Shown here: positions 24,038 through 32,000 of the stretch, piece by piece
Numbering within the stretch: position 1 is the first letter of the stretch
Layout of the letters: each line of letters opens with the position of its first letter
Source of the DNA: Wallemia ichthyophaga EXF-994
Taxonomy: Eukaryota > Fungi > Basidiomycota
Reading direction: 5' to 3'
Assembly (NCBI RefSeq): GCF_000400465.1
Contig: NW_008806296.1
Span: forward strand, 82,749-114,748
Length of the DNA stretch: 32,000 bases
Translations under genes and position numbers: made by a program
The notes under the pieces: model-generated
Database searches by the model: none
Told to the model about the DNA's origin: nothing
The model's input: the letters and a program-made list of their open reading frames with translations, nothing else

Positions 24038-24229
24038 ATGCAATACACTCAAGTTCTCGTAAACAACGGTTGCTCATGTAGCTGTGAGGATTAATTTTGA
24101 AATGGAGATAAGCACTAACACTTGTTACAGGTGGTGATCAATGCCAATGTAAGGAGCTGAAATAGCAGCGCAAGCTTACCGCCTAACTCACAAACTCCAG
24201 GTGGCCAATCTTGCACTTGTAGCAAGTAA
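24038..24229 (+). CDS. Metallothionein-like peptide, 30 aa, 7 Cys (MQYTQVLVNNGCSCSCGDQCQCGQSCTCSK)
   Basis: Coding exons 24038-24083, 24131-24148, 24201-24229 give 93 nt. Introns 24084-24130 and 24149-24200, plus a 5'-UTR intron at 23986-24035, each have a GTRAG donor, a CTAAC branch point and a CAG acceptor. Confidence 0.85.
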
Positions 24230-24409
24230 AGTTCAAGTAGCACACAGCACTTAGCACGGTCTTGATGACGACGCATCCTAGACCGACATGAAGACTGTCT
24301 GTAATATAATGTATGCTTTTATATTCTTACCTTTTTGCGTGTATGTGATGTATTTATGTCTTCTTGGTGTCTTCTGTGCACTGTCTCTTTCCGTCTTGAC
24401 TACCACCAA

Positions 24410-24751
24410 ATGCCTAGCCACTACAATACCCACGCAAGAAGAAGGCGGAACGCGTTGTGGCGCAAGAACATTATCACCGCCATTCTCTCTCTCATACTAG
24501 GATTTGTCTTGTTCAAAGTGCTCCAAGCTCGTATGAGCGATACGAGACCGCGAGTCACGCATGCGGACAGGTAAGCATGTTTCCTGCACCCACAACACCA
24601 CACTCATACACTCCACTACAGATACTCAAAAGAATACAAATACAGACCAGCGGCTAGCCCAATCGTCACCGAAGTCCTCGATGACGGTACTATCAGACTC
24701 CGTGGCGCAAACCACCACGACACGCATGCCGTGTGGAGAGATGAATTGTAA
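24410..24751 (+). CDS. 96-aa single-pass membrane microprotein of unknown function
   Basis: Exons 24410-24570 and 24622-24751 (51-nt GTAAGC..CAG intron) give 291 nt. A basic RRRR patch is followed by the hydrophobic segment IITAILSLILGFVLF and the tail YSKEYKYRPAASPIVTEVLDDGTIRLRGA. Confidence 0.72.
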
Positions 24752-25100
24752 CCATTCATATATCATTTCATATCCTTTCGTCGCGTTTGTTGGGTAGTGC
24801 TTTGGGCAGGCTTCATGCTGTCATATTGAGTGGTTTTGTGTTTCATTTTTCAATATGACATATCTTAAGACACTCAAAAACTCAATAAAGCTCATCTGAA
24901 TTTAATTCGAAAGATATGAGCGTAGTCATTGTCTTGTCGGAAAAGCAGAGGCAATCATAAAGAACATTAGTGTGGAAACATAACTGAATAAACTCGATTG
25001 TTTTATTCTTATACGAATTTCATTCGCTTCCTCTCCAGCTACAAAAATTAGCCTGCATCAGGTTAACTTCTACCAGAGTTAATTCCTTATATCGCTCTGG

Positions 25101-25115
25101 AAAAAAGGACAAAAA
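25101..25115 (-). terminator. RNA polymerase III terminator (T5, then T6) of the permuted tRNA
   Basis: On the minus strand, TTTTT (25115-25111) and TTTTTT (25106-25101) begin 13 nt downstream of the end of the tRNA 5' half. Confidence 0.7.
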
Positions 25116-25127
25116 CAAATGACACTT

Positions 25128-25205
25128 TACTAGTGATGCGCTACTACCACTGAGCTATATCTGCTGGTTTGCAGATACCAGGGATCGAACCTGGGACCTC
25201 ATCAT
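25128..25205 (-). tRNA. tRNA-Thr(AGU), circularly permuted: 3' half (nt 38-73, 25205-25170), 5-nt linker, then 5' half (nt 1-37, 25164-25128)
   Basis: Reassembled 73-mer: acceptor GCAGATA/TATCTGC plus A73; A-box TAGCTCAGTGG; anticodon stem CATCA/TGATG with loop CT-AGT-AA; variable loop AGGTC; T-arm CCAGG-TTCGATC-CCTGG. Confidence 0.9.
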
Positions 25206-25464
25206 AACAAGTAATCATTCGAATTGAAGAACCGTTATACTACGACTTCTCTGAAAATCACTTATTAATGCCAAAACAATATCTGCCAATAATAATAATT
25301 TAAAATTACCTCAAACCCACTTTGATCCGTCCAATTCATATAAAAGTAGAATAGCAAGAGCTGCTGTTATATGGGAAAAATCTAAATCTTTAGAAATCAG
25401 AATTAAATATTCTTAAGAAATTTGCTGATGGAGGTTCGATCTCCTGTTATCGAGTGCCGCCAGG

Positions 25465-26193
25465 ATGGTGAGTATAGTGGAGCGGGTTCAGGACGACAGC
25501 TAACACCAGCTAGCGTATTGATCATTGTTACTTCTGTTCTGGAAACGTATACCCAGGTCATGGTGAGTTTTGACGACGGAAAGAAGAAGGCTCTAACCAT
25601 AGCGACAGGAACTGCATTCGTGCGCAACGACAGCAAATACTTTAGATTCTGTTCATCAAAGTAAGTTCATTTTTCTACCTCACCAGCCCACCACTAACGA
25701 GCGAGCAGATGCCATAAGAACTTCAAGATGAAGCGTAACCCACGTAAGCTCAGATGGACCAAGGCGTTCCGTAAGGCTGCTGGCAAAGAGATGACGATTG
25801 TGGGTGTCGATCTATGGCTACGACTCACCGTCTAATCACTCACCGCAGGACTCTACACTCGAATTTGAGAAGCGTAGACACGTTCCAGTCAGATACAACA
25901 GAACATTGGTCGCAACCACGCTTAAGGCAATGAAGAGAGTTGGAGAGATTCGCAAGCGTCGTGAAGTTGCATTTTGGAAAAACAGAATGGCAGCCAACTC
26001 GCAAAGGCGCAAGCTGGCAGACAAGAAGGAAGTATCTAAATCTATTAATCTTCTCCCTGGTATCAAAGCAAGCACCAAAGCAGCCGCATCTGCTCAAACA
26101 GCAAAGCAAAAAGTCAAAGTACCAAAGAACAAGTCTTCAAATCTTGCTTCTGCAGGTGGTTCCGGACAAAAGATGACTATGGATATGGACTAA
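25465..26193 (+). CDS. RLP24: Ribosome biogenesis protein Rlp24 (eL24 family)
   Basis: Exons 25465-25467, 25514-25562, 25609-25660, 25709-25799, 25849-26193 (introns 46, 46, 48, 49 nt) give 540 nt. Sequence: [69 protein letters not shown]. Confidence 0.93.
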
Positions 26194-26310
26194 GCTTTGA
26201 GCGGAAGTTTACTCCACTCTTCCTTTAAGAATCTACTTCAGCCGGTACACAAAAGCTAATCTTTAATTTAACTATGCATCTTGTACAAATATCTTGAATT
26301 AGACAACTTT

Positions 26311-29209
26311 CTAGTCGTAATTCGTATACTCATTCTTGGACGCTATTCTCGCAAGTTGGTTACGTTCGCTTTTAAACAGCGCCATAAGATTCTTTACTTG
26401 AGTGATAATCTCATTTGCCTCTCTAACGCTCTCAGCTTCGAATTCATACCGCTTGACGTGATTTCCACCACGCCAGAAATCCAACTTAAAGTGATGCTCG
26501 CCCTTCTTGACTTGCTTGCATGCTTTAATGTTAGCTGCGTGATACGAGCGTGTCTTTGTACTTGAATCGATCAGCGCGGCCTTCTGTTCATGAGGCATGA
26601 GATGTATCCAGTCACCATCGATAGCGAGTGTACGCTCATGTTTACCGACCAATCCCAATATACGCCTATTAACAGTATACTTCCGATAAGCTGATGTGTA
26701 ATCGAGAGATGGACTTGTGCCCTGGCGCGACCCGATATTACTTTTATGATCCTTGCTCAGGCGCTTGAATATCGACGCGTTGGGGTTTGTACTCCTCGCC
26801 ATTTCCATACGTCTGTCCAGACGCAAATCAGCATCAATGTGTGAGCGCTTGATCAGCATCAGTGAGGAGACACCCTCTAGTGAAGCAACTGTTCTATCTA
26901 ACGGTATAACTAGTGCTGCAGACTTGACCAGCAATGCCCAGCTATTTGGATTCTTGAGATTCTTCTTGGTACACACCTACACAAGTTAAGAAAGCGTAAG
27001 CATCGACACACAGTGACTCACCATTTCTAGAACGTCCTGCAGGTACATATCGCTCGGAACACTAACAGTGGTCGTGTAGCTTACATCAGCTGTTGGATGT
27101 ACCTCTATTCGCAGGTATACGCTAGGGGCGAGCGAGCTACTAACACCAGCAGTTGCACTTCTAGACAATGTAGGAGTAGCAACCTGGTTGCTGTGTTCGA
27201 TCGCACCCTCGAGTGATGTTGACGAGGTAGTGTTGACATTGCCCGGTGCCAGCATTGGGTTGCCGTTTGAGGTCTTAGTGTTATTGCTGTTGTTGTTAGT
27301 ACTGTTGTTATTTATGCTGTTGCTATTTGCGGTGCTTGTGAATGGATCAACCGTTATGCGTGATTGGCGACGTTGGACTTTCGATACCGCAAGCTGATTC
27401 GAGCGTACTTTGATAGTGTGTCAGATAAATCACAAATTCATTAAAGGGCCCACCTTGTGGCACTGTAGCTTCGCAAATAGCAAGTTCATCGAAAGAGAAT
27501 TTGGACACCGGCCTAAATCTATCGAGGGCTGAGAGCGATCAGAAAGTGAATTTCACACAAAGACAATCACAAACCAGGGAAGTCCTCATCGACCTCGCCA
27601 TCTTCCTCAACAATTCTCAGATTCCATCCTTCAGGGGACCACCTGACATTATCGGTAGAGCTACCCAACATGCCCTTGATATCCTTCTCCCTCTGCTCGA
27701 CAAACAGGTACAAACCAAAACCAATGACCTCTTCACATGTGGCATCCTTGCGTATTTGCATACGTAGGGGCTCTTTAGGTCTTGATGAGTGAGGAAAGTA
27801 CAAGCTGAGATTGACAGATGAACCAATCTCGCTCGCGTCCATCGCAGCATATAGCCTCCTGAATGGGTTTTCCGAGGTCGATTTACCAATCTGCGATGCT
27901 TTTTGAGCCTCAGACTTGGTCTGTATGAGCTTGGTGAGCGCTGAGGTGCCTTGCTGAGGTGGTAGATGCGGACGTTTTTTGAGAAGATTGTCCTTGTTCA
28001 GATCTTTCTCCTTCTCTTTGTCCATCTTTTGAACTATCTTTGGATCTACCTTTCTGTCGTCAATATCGCGAGCGGCGCTAGTGGACACTGAAGCTGATCT
28101 GAACCTGTTTACGACAGCGCTCTGTGGACTTTGGCTGGGGTCATTTGTAGCAGCTGGTGCAAGCTGGGTTTCCTGGTTGATCTCTTCAACTGCACTTAAG
28201 CTATTACCTCTAGTCATTGTAATCGGTCTCTTTGAGTCAAGTAGTCTGGTGGTATTGTTGTAAACAGCAAGAGCGAGAGGACTGTGAGGAGGTGCTGCGA
28301 CTGGTAATGGTGGACTTGTTGTGTAGACCTTGCCAGTATGTTCATCGGGTATCTTGGGAGTTATACGTGGCATTTGTTGCTGTCTAAAATCATCCTCGTC
28401 GTCTGCATCAGCAGTCGAAGTGCTCGCGCCTCTTGGCCTAGTCTCTAAAGCAGAGTGGGTATTTCTAACGTTTACTGGCGGTATATTGTCATTAATAGAT
28501 AAAGTTTGATTGATTGAATTGGGTAGTTGAGAGTTAATTTGAGAATTGACCTGAAATGAAGCAGAAGAAGGTGAAGTAGCATTCCTCATCAATTGAGAAT
28601 CGTAGTCAACGACGTAATCGTCGTCATCCTCATCAGATTGTATTGTGTGTATGTTATCTGTATCAGAGTCATTTTCCTCTCTATGGACAACGACAGAAGG
28701 GGGTTCATCATGACTAGAATCTACGTCACTCTTTTGAGGGTTAAGAGTCTGTTGAAGTTGATCACGTTGATCATTAACTGGTATACGTCGCCTTCTATTG
28801 ACGTTGTTCACATCCTGTGACTTTCTAGCGTTCGTACGCATACTCAAAGCCAATGAGCGACCAGGACCAACGATAGTCTGCGTATATTTCAAGCTAGAAC
28901 CTCTGGTTTGTGGTAAATCATCCGCTTTAAGAAGATCAGCAGAAGATTTCGAAGATTGATTTGGTGTAGAAGAATAATTAAAAGTTGGGGAGTTTGGAGT
29001 ATTTTCAATCTCAGGCCATTTTTCAATATCTGTCAGTCCAGCTGCGTTTACGTAAGGATTTCTCGTCGATTTTGCTAATTTAAGTGGCGTAGATGAAACG
29101 TGACGTAAAAATGATAACCGTAGTAGTTGCATATGATAGCTGTTATTGTTAATTGAACCAGTCTCTAAATTTTCACCAAAACTCACTCTGTATCTGTAAC
29201 CAAGCTCAT
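26311..29209 (-). CDS. AVO1: TORC2 subunit Avo1/Sin1 (CRIM, RBD-like and PH domains)
   Basis: Exons 29209-29187, 29139-27575, 27528-27454, 27407-27022, 26976-26311 (introns 47, 46, 46, 45 nt) give 2715 nt. N-terminus MSLVTDTDYHMQLLRLSFLR; CRIM NPF..LYFPHS..WNLRIVEEDGEVDEDFPALDR; PH HERTLAIDGDWIHLMP..KRYEFEA. Confidence 0.9.
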
Positions 29210-29313
29210 GATGGTAATTATTAAGACAAAAAAATCACAAAAATCACTCAATATTAAAATATCTTGGAATTTTACAGGCAATTGAATCCCTCTATTGCTC
29301 ATATCTATAAAAT

Positions 29314-30479
29314 TTATTGGTGGAAGATTGCTGAGCGTAAATCGCCCTCAAACAACTCTCTAATTTGATCCATATTATATCCGTTGGCTAATGCGAGTTC
29401 CAAGTATACCTTTGCTTGTGCTGCTTTCACGTATCCTGACTTGATGTATGATGCTGAAGATGCGTCTTCCATTGGTACAGATGCTCCGTAAATTGGCTTA
29501 GCAGAAACGACGACTGGTATTCCTTGATCAACCACCTCGTTGATTGCGTCTACTGCGAATGATGGGATTGATCCTTCACCCACTCCTTGAATTACTATTC
29601 CCTCTGAGCCTAATGATGCTGCAGCGGTGATGAGACCTGAATCAAAATCTTGTGAACCATAAATCATGTCAACCTTTGGAAGCGAGGTGGCGTTGTTCTT
29701 AAGTGTCTCATCAAGGTTGAAAGTCTTCTTGAACGTTGGCTGTGCTTGAGTGTAGTAGAAGTATGGCTCGTAGTTGAGGAATCCACCAATTTCTGCGTTC
29801 TTCTCATCGAAAGCGTCCATGTTGTTGCTTTGTAACTTTCTCAGCGAATATCAACTATTCTAAATATTAAGACTCACGCGTTCATCTTGCTAGTGTAGAA
29901 TGCTGATTGAATTCTGTCGTTCAAAACAACCATCGCGCCTCTGCCCTTGGCCTTTTCAGAACCAGCTAAAGTGATGGCTTCTAATAAGTTACCTTGACCG
30001 TCTGAGCTAACAGCAGTACCTGGTCTCATTGAAGCTGTAACGATAACTGGCTTGTTGCAGTTAATCAGAGAATCGAGAAGGAATGCTGTCTCTTCGACGG
30101 TATCGGTACCCTCAGTGATCACAACACCAGCTTGATCTGAATCAGGTGCGCAAAGGAGATCGTTGGTAAGCTTAGCAATGTCAACCATATCGCTAGAAAC
30201 AAATGCCTCAGAGGCTTTGTTGCTGTATTGGATAGCGGACACATTCGCACGAGTGTCTAGATCAGGGATCCTATCCATAACGGTTTTGATTGGAATAACG
30301 CCAGCTTCGTAGCCAGTGGTGTCGAATTCAGATCCAACACCTGCAATAGTGCCACCAGTTCCAATCACGGTAACATTTGGTACGTCAGTTTTTTCTTGAC
30401 GAGCTTCGACTGGTGCTGTTGCAGGTGCTGCTGCTGCAAGAGCTGCGGCGGTAAGGGTTGAAAGAGCTTCGAAACGCAT
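29314..30479 (-). CDS. Secreted type II L-asparaginase
   Basis: Exons 30479-29878 and 29827-29314 (50-nt intron) give 1116 nt. An Ala-rich signal peptide precedes TGGTIAG, GTDTVEET, VTASMRP, LNDRI, GIVIQGVGEG. Confidence 0.92.
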
Positions 30480-30724
30480 GAAGATGGTTGTGGTTGTGGT
30501 TAAAGAAAGATCGCTTTCAAATTAGCTCAAAATCTAATCAAGAAGTGATCAAGATCAGTGCTCGCTTAGCAGCGGAACCGATATGTATGGAAGGACACCT
30601 GAGCATATGTACGGATACCAGCGGTAGCTAAAATATCCCGTGGATGCCGACCATTTTCACGCTCCTTCATTATACGCTTTGTTCGCCGCAAAATGAAACC
30701 TGCCTCACGCAAGCAATCTGTTGA

Positions 30725-30763
30725 GCCAAGCAAGAGCCAAGCAATTCATTAGATGTAGCCAAG
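30725..30763. promoter_or_regulatory. Cluster of three GCCAAG motifs (PacC/Rim101 consensus GCCARG) upstream of the asparaginase
   Basis: GCCAAG occurs at 30725-30730, 30736-30741 and 30758-30763. The first two lie within an 11-nt direct repeat (GAGCCAAGCAA x2). Confidence 0.4.
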
Positions 30764-32000
30764 GCAAAGACAAATATGTTTTAAATATACCAAGACGAAA
30801 CTACGATACAGCTCGCTTACATATTGCGAAAGACTAAAAGAGTTCCGATAAAAAGAATCCGATAAATCTCAGATATGAAGGAAATTGATCTAAATGGCGT
30901 AAAAATTGAAGTATTATATAATGATACGTGGATTCGTTCTCATTATCACATTTCGGAGTTGCTGGTGGTTGTAATTCATGTTGATCGACAGCGCAGTCTA
31001 GACTGTTTAGAGAAACATGACAATTTATTTTAAGTACATTCTTGAATGTCGAACTCGGCTTTAATATTCATTTTAATACATGAGACATTTCGGCTTCGGA
31101 GACTGACGTCCGCTAAGAGCACCGAATGAGAAAAGATGAGAATAAAAATAGCATTGTTGGATAGTTTCAGATTTCTGTGATGTACTCGTTAATTGTTTGA
31201 TTAAACTATTTTATTTGAATGACTGATTCTAAAGAGCCTCACTGTACCAATTGTCGAGGATCCATGTGATCAAAGATACGCTTCAGCTTTGCAAAAGAAA
31301 GTGGCGTGATGGGATTTCAGAAGCTAGAAGCATTCTGACTTATGAATTCAGGCGTGTAAGAGCATACTTTAAAGTTATTCTGTAGGCTACAAATTGTTAT
31401 TGATGTAAAATTGAGTTTGAGACATGATAATTTTATTATGCTTGCTATTTAGTTAAGTGCAGTCTGATTTTTGTATACAATTCATGCATTCGTTGTAAAA
31501 CTGCGTGACTTGGTGCATTCAACGATGTTCTCGTTTGGAGTTTTACTGTTTATCTAAACACAGGCAAAACATTAAAAAATACTACAGCCTGATTGGAAAC
31601 AAATTACTTCAAAACCACATTAGTTTTAATTTTATGAGAAGCGTGATAGCAAGATTTTTCTCATTTCATCATTGAGCTTAGGAAGAATTTGCTGCAGAAA
31701 TATTCTTCTTCCAGTAGTAGCAGAAATCATAATATGTAGTCAAAAGTGTTACAATGAGTTATAATCTCCGCCTATCGATACTTCTTGTGCACTGGAAGCT
31801 GACAATTTTAGTGACTCAAATGAATGCGGTTCTTGGCATGTGGCCGTAAATTGAGAGGTAACTACGTGGAGCTACCGGAGGCGCGCGGGTGGGTGCTGAG
31901 ATGGTTTTTAAAGAACTCGTAGAGAGGCATCTACTCTCAAGAGAGCAGTGTAGAAGATAGATCGAAATCGTAATATATAGATGATGATGATGATGAAATA

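Noticed and set aside
23979-24229. Intron-containing ncRNA (for example U6 snRNA or a snoRNA host) as an explanation for the clustered introns
   Set aside because: The exons lack U6 hallmarks (ACAGAGA box) and instead splice into a clean Cys-rich ORF. The introns show no box C/D pairs.
25073-25100. CCAGAG/CTCTGG inverted repeat downstream of the tRNA terminator, loosely resembling a decayed T-arm
   Set aside because: Only a 6-bp stem, and alignment to the tRNA 3' half needs large gaps.
1-26193. Apparent enrichment of RNA-processing and ribosome genes (RNB, RCM1, PBP1, PTH4, RPL4, BIN3, PRP3, RLP24) as a functional cluster
   Set aside because: Such genes are a large share of a compact genome and are interleaved with unrelated genes. 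No enrichment test was possible.
158-28820. Numerous short antisense or alternative-frame ORFs in the supplied track
   Set aside because: They overlap well-supported genes, have no family motifs, and many are just low-complexity mirrors of the sense protein.
30994-31005. 12-bp perfect palindrome CAGTCTAGACTG
   Set aside because: Several palindromes of this length are expected by chance in 32 kb, and there is no supporting context.
31030-31265. Possible 55-aa two-exon ORF on the minus strand (ATG 31265, intron 31242-31175)
   Set aside because: The 68-nt intron is outside the 42-62 nt range seen in all other genes here, and the peptide has no recognisable features. Chance is likely.
30480-32000. 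1.5-kb ORF-free region as a mobile element or ncRNA locus
   Set aside because: No terminal repeats, transposase remnants, tRNA boxes or snoRNA/snRNA motifs were found by eye. Treated as intergenic/promoter sequence.

Overview
This is a gene-dense eukaryotic window from a compact fungal genome. Spliceosomal GT-AG introns are very short (42-62 nt) and intergenic gaps are often under 150 nt. A Wallemia-like basidiomycete fits this pattern, but that assignment is inference only. Splicing the exons by hand gives 18 protein-coding genes: an RNB-domain exoribonuclease (5'-partial), RCM1, PBP1, LYS2, a MUB1/SamB MYND protein, a PTH4/ICT1-like protein, an ABHD11-like hydrolase, ECO1, an orphan 82-aa ORF, an RWD/GIR2-like protein, a CAMKK-type kinase, RPL4, a Bin3/MePCE methyltransferase, PRP3, a 96-aa membrane microprotein, RLP24, AVO1/SIN1 and a secreted L-asparaginase. 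Two further features are invisible to the ORF track and are the highlights. The first is a circularly permuted tRNA-Thr(AGU) gene at 25128-25205 (-): the 3' half lies upstream of the 5' half, the split is at 37/38, and complementary leader/trailer sequences and a Pol III terminator are present. The second is a 30-aa, 7-Cys metallothionein-like gene split over three tiny coding exons at 24038-24229 (+). Also notable are two head-to-head gene pairs whose start codons are only 19 and 14 nt apart, one of them Bin3/MePCE with the U4/U6 protein PRP3. All exon models were checked by hand for frame continuity. No database searches were run.
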